NCBI GenBank assembly: GCA_034439575.1
Contig: JAWXAQ010000015.1
Span: 64,001-128,000, forward strand
Direction of reading: 5' to 3'
Length of the DNA: 64,000 bases
Source: Leptospira sp.
GTDB lineage: Bacteria; Spirochaetota; Leptospiria; Leptospirales; Leptospiraceae
The stretch's first letter is position 1, and each line of letters begins with the position of its first letter. The notes beneath the pieces are model-generated. The model had not been told where the DNA came from. It ran no database searches and worked only from the letters and a program-made list of their open reading frames with translations. Position numbers and translations under genes: made by a program. Positions 31,007 through 40,903 of this stretch are shown piece by piece.

Positions 31007-32034
31007 GATTCAACCATGGATTTATATTAGGAAAATTTTATCCGCCGCATAAAGGACACCTACATTTAATAAATGAAAGTAAAAAATTATGCAATCGCCT
31101 AACGGTTGCCATCTCTAGTTTGAGATCAGAATTGATACCAGGCGAATTAAGGTATTTATGGTTAAAGGACTTAGTTAAAAATGAAAATATAGAAATCAAA
31201 TGGATCCAAGATGAAAATCCACAGTTCCCAGAAGAAGATATTCATTTTTGGGATATTTGGAGAAGTTCCATATTACAATCCTTAGATGCACCTATAGATG
31301 TTTTATTTTCATCCGAAAATTATGGCGAGAAACTGAGCGAAGTTCTTGGAGTAAAACATAGGTGTATAGATTTAGAAAGGAATCAAGTTCCTATATCTGC
31401 TACGCAAATTAGAAATCATCCCACAAAATATTGGGAATACATTCCTGAAAAAATAAGACCTTACTTTTTAAAACGAATTGTATTAACAGGCCCAGAATCA
31501 ACAGGCAAATCTACTCTATCAAAAATCCTTGCCAGTCATTTTGAAACAGAATTTGTTCCGGAATTTGCGAGAACCTACTTAGACAAAATGGGAAGATATG
31601 TCATAAAGGATGATATTTTACAAATTGGCATTGGTCATTTAGAATCAGAATTAGAAAAGGCGACCAAGGCAAATCGTATTCTTTTTCTGGATACAGACCA
31701 TTTAACAACACTTATATATTCAAATTTTTATTTTAAATCTTGTCCGGATTGGGTAATCAAACGAGCTAAAGGATTAAAGTATGATGTTTCTTTATTTATG
31801 GATATTGATATCCCTTGGGTCGCAGACCCGCAAAGAGAGTTAGAAAATAGTCGCGATGAAATGAAAGAGATATTCACTCATGAAATGGAAAAAGTAGCTA
31901 GAGAATTTCATATGATAAGCGGGACTTTTGCGGAAAGAGAAAATCAAGCAATAGAAATTGTAAACCAAGTTCTAAATCAGCCGATGAATGTTTGTTATTT
32001 TACGGAGGAACAAAGAAATCTTCGTAATATTTGA
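31003..32034 (+). CDS. NadR-like NMN adenylyltransferase / ribosylnicotinamide kinase (no HTH)
   Basis: GKFYPPHKGH (HxGH), VPISATQIR, TGPESTGKST, PEFAR, DIPWVADPQR. Confidence 0.88.
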   Translation: MRFNHGFILGKFYPPHKGHLHLINESKKLCNRLTVAISSLRSELIPGELRYLWLKDLVKNENIEIKWIQDENPQFPEEDIHFWDIWRSSILQSLDAPIDVLFSSENYGEKLSEVLGVKHRCIDLERNQVPISATQIRNHPTKYWEYIPEKIRPYFLKRIVLTGPESTGKSTLSKILASHFETEFVPEFARTYLDKMGRYVIKDDILQIGIGHLESELEKATKANRILFLDTDHLTTLIYSNFYFKSCPDWVIKRAKGLKYDVSLFMDIDIPWVADPQRELENSRDEMKEIFTHEMEKVAREFHMISGTFAERENQAIEIVNQVLNQPMNVCYFTEEQRNLRNI

Positions 32035-32857
32035 TCAAAGATTCAGAAACTGATTTATTATTTTTTATATCGTACATATGTCGTAAGGTGGAACCTTTCG
32101 AACGATTGTCCAATTTATTCGGACCCATTCTATTCTCTAAATGAGACTGCAACACAAATCTGACTTCTAAAGTGAATCTTGCCAATCCTGAATGATTTGG
32201 TGATGTCCCATGTAAATGGTGTGATGAAAAAATATTGAGTTCACCTTCATCCCCATGAATATCTATCACATTCGTTTCATCTGGATTATAATTTGGTGAA
32301 GGAAAAATCCTGATCTTACCAGGTGGTGTATGATTCGATTGAAACCCACCTAACAACAGCCATTCGTTATAATCAAAGGTATGTGAATTATTAGGTATAG
32401 GTTGATTGAAATATTCTTGATAGATCCGAAATCCAGAACCTTTTGCCACCGAATAAATCGGAATCCATAGATTTATTTGGCATTGAGGATTGGCGTACCA
32501 AGGGTCTCTATGAATGTAAGCTACAGATTTTGCATTTGTATTTTCATGAAATTTATCTGGAACACATCGAATACGAATAACATCCATAAAAATTTCATCT
32601 TTATCGATACCGATATCCGACCAAATCGGAAGAAAGGATTCAAAAAAAATCCCTCTTTCTTTGATTTCTTCGCGTAACTCGTGCATTCTTTTTAATAATT
32701 CTTCTGAGCTTAAGTTAGCGACAACAGCTCTCGGATCACCTTCAGGAAAATAAAATTCTACTTTTTTTTGAATTAATTTTAAATATCCAGGTAAACTAGA
32801 GGGTTTTATGCCAGATCCAATATGACCATCTAACAATTGTTTCAAAGACAACATCAA
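32000..32857 (-). CDS. Fe(II)/2-oxoglutarate dioxygenase-like (PhyH-like)
   Basis: HRDPWY (HxD), INLWIPI, FSSHHLHGT, RFTLEVR. Confidence 0.75.
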   Translation of the reverse strand: MMLSLKQLLDGHIGSGIKPSSLPGYLKLIQKKVEFYFPEGDPRAVVANLSSEELLKRMHELREEIKERGIFFESFLPIWSDIGIDKDEIFMDVIRIRCVPDKFHENTNAKSVAYIHRDPWYANPQCQINLWIPIYSVAKGSGFRIYQEYFNQPIPNNSHTFDYNEWLLLGGFQSNHTPPGKIRIFPSPNYNPDETNVIDIHGDEGELNIFSSHHLHGTSPNHSGLARFTLEVRFVLQSHLENRMGPNKLDNRSKGSTLRHMYDIKNNKSVSESLIKYYEDFFVPP

Positions 32858-32867
32858 ACTTATTTAT

Positions 32868-33128
32868 CTAAGATTTTTCCACTTTAGTTATGGCATCTCT
32901 TAGTTCCATAGCACTCATATATAAATTGGCGTAGGTATTTAATTGGTTCGTCGCATCTTGCAAACCAGCTTTGAATAATAATCCATTTTCCATATGTTCC
33001 CTAAAAACAGTAAGTGGATTTTCCAATTCCATTTCATTCAATGTTTTTAAAAAAGAAGAATGCATCTCTTTCATTTCTGAAAGTTCTGTGGGGATTTTCC
33101 ATCCGTTACTTAGGCGACTACTCATCAA
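32868..33128 (-). CDS. Small hypothetical protein
   Basis: 86-aa helical ORF co-oriented with neighbours. Confidence 0.65.
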   Translation of the reverse strand: MMSSRLSNGWKIPTELSEMKEMHSSFLKTLNEMELENPLTVFREHMENGLLFKAGLQDATNQLNTYANLYMSAMELRDAITKVEKS

Positions 33129-33179
33129 TCTAATGTGGAGTGTATTATTTCTGAAATCAATCCGTATTTTTTTTAAAGG

Positions 33180-33210
33180 TTATGTTAGGTACGTATTGCA
33201 CCTAACATAA
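33180..33210. terminator. Perfect 11-bp inverted repeat just after lmtA
   Basis: TTATGTTAGGT-acgtattgc-ACCTAACATAA. Confidence 0.5.
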
Positions 33211-33218
33211 TAAGGAAT

Positions 33219-33980
33219 CTATCTACCTTCGACTTCCAGAATCTTTGTGGTCTTAACTAAGATTCTAGTCACAATGTAAAATACTACACCAAACCCAAAA
33301 AAGGCGGAATGAAACGTTTTCCAAATGCCTAAAATACTACTCACATGTAGATATGGTTCTTGGAAATAAACTTGTACTAAGTCAAAAAATGTAAATACAA
33401 CTATAATGCCAAATAAACTAGGATATTCGCGTTTTAAAATATTCTTAAATGAAAACGCTAGAGCGGGTTTGACATAACCTTTCAATTTTGGAATGAATGC
33501 TGGTGTTTTGTCTGCCCATTTCAAATATTCTGAACCAAATTTTCCGCGAAGAAAAAACTCTTCCGTAAAAATAATACGCTCATAGTATAGATAAAAAAAC
33601 ATAATATAAACAAGTGTAAACGGCAGATCACGAAGGATAAGGACAGGGCCGAGATACATCAAAAAATTTCCGACATATAAGGGATGACGCACTAGAGAGT
33701 AAATTCCCGTCTGATTCACAAGATCAGCTATCTGTTGTTTTGTGTTCCTACCTGATGTTCTTGCAGGAGTATAACCTATCGTAAAACAACGTACCGCAAG
33801 ACCCAATAAACTTACAGAAAATGCAAATCCCAACCAATAAAGATTGAGTTTGTAAATATTTCCAATAAATGGGACATAGGGAAGGTAAATTAAGGAAAAG
33901 GCGAGCACGAGACCTGGGATATATGAGCGCCATCTGAAAAGGAAATTGCCTTGTTGGTTGAGTTCTTCTATGAGTGCCAT
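33219..33980 (-). CDS. lmtA: Lipid A 1-phosphate O-methyltransferase (ICMT-like)
   Basis: MALIEELNQQGNFLFRWRSY, TSGRNT, GIYSLVRHPLYVGN, EEFFL; resembles leptospiral LmtA. Confidence 0.85.
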   Translation of the reverse strand: MALIEELNQQGNFLFRWRSYIPGLVLAFSLIYLPYVPFIGNIYKLNLYWLGFAFSVSLLGLAVRCFTIGYTPARTSGRNTKQQIADLVNQTGIYSLVRHPLYVGNFLMYLGPVLILRDLPFTLVYIMFFYLYYERIIFTEEFFLRGKFGSEYLKWADKTPAFIPKLKGYVKPALAFSFKNILKREYPSLFGIIVVFTFFDLVQVYFQEPYLHVSSILGIWKTFHSAFFGFGVVFYIVTRILVKTTKILEVEGR

Positions 33981-34027
33981 GTTAAAACGTACTTGATTCC
34001 TTTCTAGAAACCAATAGCTTTCGTTCT

Positions 34028-35284
34028 ATGTCAATCAAATCCTTTATCCCAGCTAAGTTCAATCTCCCCGTTCTTTGGTTCACAGACCTGACCTTGCCAC
34101 TACTTTTAAAGATGATACACAATTTAGATTCTGTAGATGTTTCCTTAGAAGATAAAAAACTCTTAAAATCCTATCAAAAAGAAAGATTAATTTATATTTC
34201 TAATCATCCAACCACCAAAGAACCTCCAGTCGCATACAACTCTGCCAACTTAATGAATTCTAGATTTTATTATATGGCAGCAAGGGAAGTTTTTGAATGG
34301 GGTGCAGGATTTGTTGGAGAATTTATCCAATCGATTGGAGCATTTTCTGTGTTAGCTGGAGCACCTGATCGCGAATCCTTAAAAGCCGCAAGGGAAATCC
34401 TTGCAAGTCCCGAAGGCAAACTAGTGCTATTTCCAGAAGGGGAACCAACAAGCGGTATGAATGATACACTTTTACCTTTCCAACCTGGAGTGGCACAGCT
34501 CGGATTTTGGGGATTAGAAGATGCCAAAAAAATTGATCCCGATGCAAAGATCAGCGTTGTATTAACATACGTTAAGTATAGAATGACCTCTTCACTTGAA
34601 TCTATGAGACGAGATATTGACCAGAGTTTAACTAGAATGGAAGAGAAACTAGGAATCTCAAAGGTCGGAAAAGATATCATCCATAGATTTCTATCTGTCG
34701 GCAAAAGAATGATCGAGAGAGAAGAAAGAGAATATGGCATTCATGTTGAACCAGACAAAATAGATGATTTTGATTATAGATTAGGGAGAATGCGACATGC
34801 GATGCTTGATAATATTGCCACCAAGGCAAATATTCCAAATTGGGACAAAGATACCAACGCCATTGAAAAATTAAGAAAAATACTTACAACTCTCGAACTA
34901 GTGACAATTGGTGCCGCTGATCCCAAAGGAGAACTTCCGAGTTTAGAAATGGCAACATGGGCAAGAAAAGCCGCTGCAAAAGCCTATGAATACATAACTA
35001 TACAAACTAGTTATATCAAAGAACTTCCATCTGCAGAAAGATTATATGAATTTTTGTATCGGTATGAAACAGAACTTTTTGGGGAAACAAGAAACCGACC
35101 TCACAAAGCGGTAGTTAGGATAGCAAAACCATTCTTAATCAATGATTTTTATGATAGTTACAAATCTGACAAGAGAAAAACAGTGAGCGACTTAACTGAT
35201 AAATTAAAATCAGAGATGGAAAGTTTGTTAAACGATGAAATAAAAAAATCCATCCCCCTATTCCCTTCAAACTATATCTTTTGA
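34028..35284 (+). CDS. Glycerol-3-phosphate/lysophospholipid acyltransferase (PlsC-like, extended C-terminus)
   Basis: SNHPTTKEP (NHx4D/E), LFPEG, QPGVAQL. Confidence 0.82.
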   Translation: MSIKSFIPAKFNLPVLWFTDLTLPLLLKMIHNLDSVDVSLEDKKLLKSYQKERLIYISNHPTTKEPPVAYNSANLMNSRFYYMAAREVFEWGAGFVGEFIQSIGAFSVLAGAPDRESLKAAREILASPEGKLVLFPEGEPTSGMNDTLLPFQPGVAQLGFWGLEDAKKIDPDAKISVVLTYVKYRMTSSLESMRRDIDQSLTRMEEKLGISKVGKDIIHRFLSVGKRMIEREEREYGIHVEPDKIDDFDYRLGRMRHAMLDNIATKANIPNWDKDTNAIEKLRKILTTLELVTIGAADPKGELPSLEMATWARKAAAKAYEYITIQTSYIKELPSAERLYEFLYRYETELFGETRNRPHKAVVRIAKPFLINDFYDSYKSDKRKTVSDLTDKLKSEMESLLNDEIKKSIPLFPSNYIF

Positions 35285-35931
35285 TGGAAAACTTAACAAA
35301 AGACATGATCCAATCAAAATTGAAAAGAGGGGAGGATTTTCATTTTCGAAAGTACGGTCCTTCGCAGGAATTTGATGAAGAGCTCATTTTACTTTTAAAT
35401 GAGCTCTCGGATCATTATGGCATGAATGATTTCGGATCAGTATTTTATACCATTGTCAAAGATCTTATTCTAAACGGCTTCAAAGCAAATTTCAAGAGAG
35501 TATTCTTTTTGGAAAATGCATTGGATATAGAATCACCGAGCGATTATGAATTGGGCGTTCGTATGTATAAAAGTTTTATTCTTTCTGGCAAAAGTAAAAC
35601 TTATACTGATATAGCTGCTGGGAAAAATTTTTATGTTGATACATTGATCACGCATAACAATAACGAAATGATGGTGGTAGTCACAAATAACCACAAATTA
35701 ACTTTAGCGGAAATGCAAAAAATCAAAAATTCCCTCCTGCATGCACAGAATTATAATGATATAATGGAATATTATATTGAACGCGGTGATAGTTCTGAGG
35801 GAGAAGGAATAGGTATCGCCCTTTGCGTGATTCTTTTAAAAGGTGAAAATATACCTACCCAAAATTTTAAAATCACAAGCAATAACAAGGAAACCACCGC
35901 TTCCATTACAATTCCCTTAAAGAAAAAGTAG
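35281..35931 (+). CDS. HATPase-like (histidine kinase/anti-sigma-like ATPase fold) protein
   Basis: KDLILNGFKAN N-box-like, GEGIGIAL G2-box. Confidence 0.65.
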   Translation: MMENLTKDMIQSKLKRGEDFHFRKYGPSQEFDEELILLLNELSDHYGMNDFGSVFYTIVKDLILNGFKANFKRVFFLENALDIESPSDYELGVRMYKSFILSGKSKTYTDIAAGKNFYVDTLITHNNNEMMVVVTNNHKLTLAEMQKIKNSLLHAQNYNDIMEYYIERGDSSEGEGIGIALCVILLKGENIPTQNFKITSNNKETTASITIPLKKK

Positions 35932-35966
35932 CCAATCTACAACTTTTAAAAAACCTGGAAATTGAT

Positions 35967-36608
35967 ATGAGTTTGAACTCTACAAAAATCTCGGCAAGTG
36001 AATCAAATTTGACTCAGTTTTTATATGATATTTGCAATGATGTTAAATTACATTCACTTTGGTTAAACACACTTTCTTTACTAGAACATATAGGTTCTCG
36101 TAAAATTCTATTAACCCAATCCAACGAAAATACTTCCGAAATGATTTTAAGGCATGCAACAGAAGAAGCGCGTCATGCCTTATTCTTCAAGAAGGCGGCA
36201 CGAACGATTAACTCAGATTTCAAATCTGGTTATCACAACAATGAATTATTAAAAGGTAATTCCGCTAAAATATATTTTGCAAAGCTTGATGCCAGTGTCA
36301 GAAGAAATTTAAGAAAGGATTTATTTTCAGATTCTGATTTTACCTATCTTGCATATTTGTATACGACTACCATCATCGAAAAGCGAGCCATGATAGTTTA
36401 TGAACTATATAATCAGATACTGCTTGAAAAAGAATTCGACTTCAACCTAACAAATCTTATACTGGAAGAAGACGGACATTTGAATGAAATGTCTTCTGAA
36501 TTGATTAAAATTGATTCAAAATTTGAGTTCAGACTTTCTGAGCTTATCAATATGGAACAAAAATTATTCGATAAATTTTTTACTCAGTTGTCATTAATAG
36601 CTGCTTAA
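35967..36608 (+). CDS. Ferritin-like di-iron protein
   Basis: LLEHIG, EEARH, IIEKRA, EEDGH: E / ExxH / E / ExxH pattern. Confidence 0.75.
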   Translation: MSLNSTKISASESNLTQFLYDICNDVKLHSLWLNTLSLLEHIGSRKILLTQSNENTSEMILRHATEEARHALFFKKAARTINSDFKSGYHNNELLKGNSAKIYFAKLDASVRRNLRKDLFSDSDFTYLAYLYTTTIIEKRAMIVYELYNQILLEKEFDFNLTNLILEEDGHLNEMSSELIKIDSKFEFRLSELINMEQKLFDKFFTQLSLIAA

Positions 36609-37548
36609 GATCAAAGAACTTCCAATATTCCCAAGCGTAATAAGAGACCTGAATTGTTTGATCAAATGGTTTAATATAAATTGCTTTTTTACCGCCTGGG
36701 ATTCCACCAATATCATAAACAGTCATAATCTTAGTTTCAGCATTTGCATTTTTATAATGCACTGTTAGCGATTGACTTTGCGGAAAATTATTTTCCTTGT
36801 ATGAAACTGAATTTTTAACAGCCATATCTCCAGACCATGAAGTTAATCTCAAAATAAATTCCCTTATCCGTTTAGGGTTAACCTCGCCATTTAACTCTGG
36901 ATATGTGAACCATTTCTCTTCTTCCTTCCATAGAGAATATTTTACGATTCCATCTTGTGAATATTCAATCCTTTCTATAGAATTTTCATTTAAATTAGAA
37001 AATGGGGAAAGAGTCAAAATTTCAAACTCGGAAATTTTCTTTAATTCATTGATTATGGAATACGGAATCGGATAAACTGAGTTTGAATCAATTTCTTTGA
37101 CTAAACATTCTGTATTTAATTGCAAACATTTTCCAAATTGCAATGTGATCGCATTTTCATCTTCTATGTAAATAGAAAGAGTCCACTGGGATTCTCCCCA
37201 AAACATTTTTTCATCTATTCGCATTTTATCGAATTCAAATTTATGAATATAATCCAAAATAGTTAAAAATTGGAATAGTTTGACCCGATCTGGAATCTTT
37301 TGGATTGAATCATCTTCAGATTTTAAGTACCAGGCGAAGCCTTCTCTCCATATTGATATTTTATTTTGTTTGCTACCCGATACATTAGTTATTTCTAATT
37401 TTTTAATTTGATCTATATTTGCTTTAATAAATTTTGGTGCATCTTCATATGATTTTGGGAAAAAAGAAAACGGATCTTGCAAAAATCCATAAGTTATTAG
37501 CAAAAACAAATTAAGCCAAAATAAAATTTGATTTCTTTTTTTCATCAA
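36580..37548 (-). CDS. DUF4340-like protein of Gld-type ABC system
   Basis: N-terminal TM; last gene after GldG-like gene. Confidence 0.6.
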   Translation of the reverse strand: MMKKRNQILFWLNLFLLITYGFLQDPFSFFPKSYEDAPKFIKANIDQIKKLEITNVSGSKQNKISIWREGFAWYLKSEDDSIQKIPDRVKLFQFLTILDYIHKFEFDKMRIDEKMFWGESQWTLSIYIEDENAITLQFGKCLQLNTECLVKEIDSNSVYPIPYSIINELKKISEFEILTLSPFSNLNENSIERIEYSQDGIVKYSLWKEEEKWFTYPELNGEVNPKRIREFILRLTSWSGDMAVKNSVSYKENNFPQSQSLTVHYKNANAETKIMTVYDIGGIPGGKKAIYIKPFDQTIQVSYYAWEYWKFFDLKQLLMTTE

Positions 37549-39140
37549 TTGACCCTGGAATATCGGAAATAAATTCTACGCATCGCAAATACGATCAAAA
37601 AGAAAGGAATGACAAGTGTATTAAAAAAAGAATAAAAGTTTCGTTCCCGATTTGAAAATGATTTTAATGGAAATACTGCTGATTTTTTAGTACGTGAATT
37701 CATAAATTCTTTATCATCTAACATATAATCTATGAGATTTAATAAAAACGAAACATTCGAATTTTTATATACGTTTCTAAATTCAGGCAAAGATAAAATA
37801 TCTGACATGAAATGCGCAGATGATAAAACAAATATTTTTGAGTCAAATTTTGAAGTTATATCTGATAGATAAGAATATATTTTTCCTGATGCCAATATTC
37901 CAACGCTTGCCCTATTTCTATTTACCTCGTCTTCTTTGAATTTTTGATTCACATCGAGACTAAACACATTGTTTTTTTTCCAATTCTGAACATCAGTGGA
38001 TAGTATGATTTCATACTTAAAATTCTTTTGTTTCGAATGATCAATGTTAACTGATGATACCCAAGGCAGTATCAATAACTCAGTATTTTCTGTCAGAAAA
38101 TGATTCTCGTGAAGATTTCCTTCCGATTTGTAAAAGTATTGCCAAAGTGGATAATATTGTTTTTGTAAATTGGAAACTTTGGACAATGAAACAGGATGTT
38201 CAAAATCAAAAAGTAAATTCGTAGCAAAATCAAATCCATAGTTTTTTAATATTTCTGACCAACTTTGATAGCCCGCATTTGGATAAGCTAAATTTTGTCC
38301 TACAAAACTCAATCCATCCTTATCTCTAACAGGCGAAAGATTCAATTGCATGGAAGACAATAAAAAAATTACATTTCCTCCACGAAAGATAAATGCATCT
38401 AACTTTGATTTAGCAGTTTCATTCCATTCAGGCGAACCGACAATTAACAAAACCTGGACTACATCAGGAATCGAACTTTCATTCAGCGAGACAATATATG
38501 GTTTTCCATATTCCTCCACAAAAGCTTGATGATAAAACACCCCCCAAGTCGAAATTCCAGATCCTTCACCAGGTATGGGTACCGCAAAAGTTCCTGGATC
38601 ACTTACGATACCAACTCTTTGCGTTTTTTTCTTTTGATCAATTCGCCTGAGTGCTCTTAATAATTTGGTTTCAGCTTCCTCTACAAAAAAGTAATCGGAT
38701 ATCACTTCCTGACTAGATTCATATTTAATCACGATTCCCATAAAAGCTTCTTGGTAGGATTTTGAAGTTTCAGAAGCCTCGTGAATTTCGTTAGGTGTTA
38801 ATCCAGCATCGATTGCTTTTTTTCTAATTTCTATGGACGAAGATGGATCTAAAAATTTGATTTTAATATAGTACGAATTTTGTTTTTGAACTTCAAATAA
38901 AAATTCACGTATCAATTCCAATCTGATATTGTATTCGATAGGCAAATCAGATGAATAATATGCCTCAATTAACAATGGTTCTTTTATTTTTTTAATTCTA
39001 TTTTGTGCGCTCTCCGACAAGGTCAATCGTTCGGATTGAGAAATATCCATTCGACAGATAAAATGATTCATTACTAAATTCGAAAAAATGAAAAATACAA
39101 TGATTTGAAATTTGAGTATATTGAATCCAGAAATTTTCAT
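37545..39140 (-). CDS. GldG-like ABC-type auxiliary protein
   Basis: RMDISQSERLTLS, AYYSSDLP, FIFRGGNVIFL, NVSFLLNLIDYM, C-terminal TM. Confidence 0.85.
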   Translation of the reverse strand: MKISGFNILKFQIIVFFIFSNLVMNHFICRMDISQSERLTLSESAQNRIKKIKEPLLIEAYYSSDLPIEYNIRLELIREFLFEVQKQNSYYIKIKFLDPSSSIEIRKKAIDAGLTPNEIHEASETSKSYQEAFMGIVIKYESSQEVISDYFFVEEAETKLLRALRRIDQKKKTQRVGIVSDPGTFAVPIPGEGSGISTWGVFYHQAFVEEYGKPYIVSLNESSIPDVVQVLLIVGSPEWNETAKSKLDAFIFRGGNVIFLLSSMQLNLSPVRDKDGLSFVGQNLAYPNAGYQSWSEILKNYGFDFATNLLFDFEHPVSLSKVSNLQKQYYPLWQYFYKSEGNLHENHFLTENTELLILPWVSSVNIDHSKQKNFKYEIILSTDVQNWKKNNVFSLDVNQKFKEDEVNRNRASVGILASGKIYSYLSDITSKFDSKIFVLSSAHFMSDILSLPEFRNVYKNSNVSFLLNLIDYMLDDKEFMNSRTKKSAVFPLKSFSNRERNFYSFFNTLVIPFFLIVFAMRRIYFRYSRVN

Positions 39141-39871
39141 CTTTTTCCTTTTAATGCAAAAGTAGCAAAAGTCAAAAAAAGAATATTTACTGAAAAGAAA
39201 AAATAAAAATCTCTTATATCAATGATTCCTAAATAAAATGATTCGAAATGTTTTGGTATAGAAAAAATACTAATGAATTGAAAAATGTTTTCCCCGATAA
39301 CATCGATTAATTTTTGTAAACCGAAGAGATAAAATACAGATATGACAAAAAAGCTAATGATAAAAGCTCCAATTTGCGAATTCACATAGATAGAAACATA
39401 AATAACAATGCTTAAAAAAGTTAAGCCCAATAAGTAAACGCCCATATAACCCGAAAGAATTAGACCGAAATCGGGATTTCCAAAAATAAGAGTTGTTAGT
39501 GGTAATAAAAGCGTACTAAACAAACAAATAATTAAATATATAGCGGAGGCAAAAAACTTTCCTAGAATGATTTCCCAATCTTGAAATGGTAAGGTAAATA
39601 AAATTTCCCAAGTGCCGGCTTCTTTTTCTTCCGCCCAGATTTTCATGCCCATTGCAGGAACTAATATTAACAATAGATAAGGTGTGATCGTAAAGAAAAA
39701 ACCTAAATCAGAACTTTTTCTGTCCCAAAAAGAATTCCCCGATGCTCCGAAAAAAAATATCATACTTTCAACAAACATAAATAATACGATAAAAGTATAT
39801 CCTAAAGCCGTATTGAACATTAAAGTAAATTCTCTTTTAAAAAGAGCTAAGATTCTTGTATATGCTTGCAC
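39137..39871 (-). CDS. ABC-2 permease (GldF-like)
   Basis: LFKREF, MKIWAEEKEAGTWEILFTLP, LGKF, GIIDIRD. Confidence 0.9.
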   Translation of the reverse strand: MQAYTRILALFKREFTLMFNTALGYTFIVLFMFVESMIFFFGASGNSFWDRKSSDLGFFFTITPYLLLILVPAMGMKIWAEEKEAGTWEILFTLPFQDWEIILGKFFASAIYLIICLFSTLLLPLTTLIFGNPDFGLILSGYMGVYLLGLTFLSIVIYVSIYVNSQIGAFIISFFVISVFYLFGLQKLIDVIGENIFQFISIFSIPKHFESFYLGIIDIRDFYFFFSVNILFLTFATFALKGKR

Positions 39872-40806
39872 TAGTTTCCTGTAATTGAGTTAAAAATAGT
39901 TTTCAAAGATGCTTCTGATCTTCGTAATTCCCGAAGGGGTATTTTTTTTTCGGAAAAAATAAAATATAAGTCTTCTGGTTTTTTATCTTCTAAGGATATT
40001 TCATACTCATAAAAATTTGATTCTAATTTTTTTATAAATGAAAATTTACCTATCCCAATATCAGACATTAGCTGAGAAAATTTTGGCTCATCCATTTGCA
40101 CTTGGACAAATATTTTATCTAAGAGTCGTAATTTATGAACAGAATTGTTTGCTACCATTTTACCTTGGGATAAAATAATTACATCTTCACAAATTTCCTC
40201 AACTTCATCCAAACTATGAGTTGATATGAGGACAGTTCGTTCTCTGCTTAGGGTTTTTATCAGCTGACGAATTTGAGTCATTTGGTTTGGATCAAGACCG
40301 TAACTTGGTTCATCCAGTATAAGGTATTGTGGTTCACCGATGAGAACACTGGCAAGGGCTACTCTTTGTTTGAATCCTTTGGACAAAGTGCCAATGACCA
40401 TATTTCGAGAATTTCCTAAATTCAATTCGTCCATGACACGAAAAATGGCCCTCTCACGTAGAGATTTGGGAATGCATCTGATTTGAGCATAAAAATCCAA
40501 ATTTTCTTTCACAGTTAGATCTTTGTAAGTAGGTCCATTTTCTGGCAAATATCCGATCTTTTCTCGAATTTCCACAGGGAAATCCCTCAATTCTTGACCT
40601 TGGATATTGATATAGCCAGAAGTTGCCCGCGAATAACCCGATAACAAACGCATGGTTGTCGTTTTTCCAGCTCCATTCGGACCTAAAAGTGCAGTCAAAC
40701 GACCAGGCAAAAGTTCAAAATTGAGACCAGAAACAGCCAATTTACCTGGAAATTGTTTACTGAGGTTCACTGCCTTCATGAAATTAAAAAGCTTTCTCTC
40801 CTTCAA
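39871..40806 (-). CDS. ABC transporter ATP-binding protein (GldA-like)
   Basis: GPNGAGKTT, LSKGFKQRV, LILDEP, STH. Confidence 0.93.
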   Translation of the reverse strand: MKERKLFNFMKAVNLSKQFPGKLAVSGLNFELLPGRLTALLGPNGAGKTTTMRLLSGYSRATSGYINIQGQELRDFPVEIREKIGYLPENGPTYKDLTVKENLDFYAQIRCIPKSLRERAIFRVMDELNLGNSRNMVIGTLSKGFKQRVALASVLIGEPQYLILDEPSYGLDPNQMTQIRQLIKTLSRERTVLISTHSLDEVEEICEDVIILSQGKMVANNSVHKLRLLDKIFVQVQMDEPKFSQLMSDIGIGKFSFIKKLESNFYEYEISLEDKKPEDLYFIFSEKKIPLRELRRSEASLKTIFNSITGN

Positions 40807-40818
40807 AATCCAACAATA

Positions 40819-40856
40819 AAAAATGGCTTGCGAAAAAACTCATGCGAGCCATTTTT
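40819..40856. promoter_or_regulatory. Inverted repeat in the divergent promoter region
   Basis: AAAAATGGCTTGC-N12-GCGAGCCATTTTT (12/13 complementary). Confidence 0.4.
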
Positions 40857-40903
40857 CCTCCATAATTCATGAGACATAATTCCATGATTGGAACATACCC
40901 AGA

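Noticed and set aside
36580-40806. Gliding motility system
   Set aside because: GldA/F/G-like ABC modules are widespread outside gliding bacteria; no gliding motor genes here.
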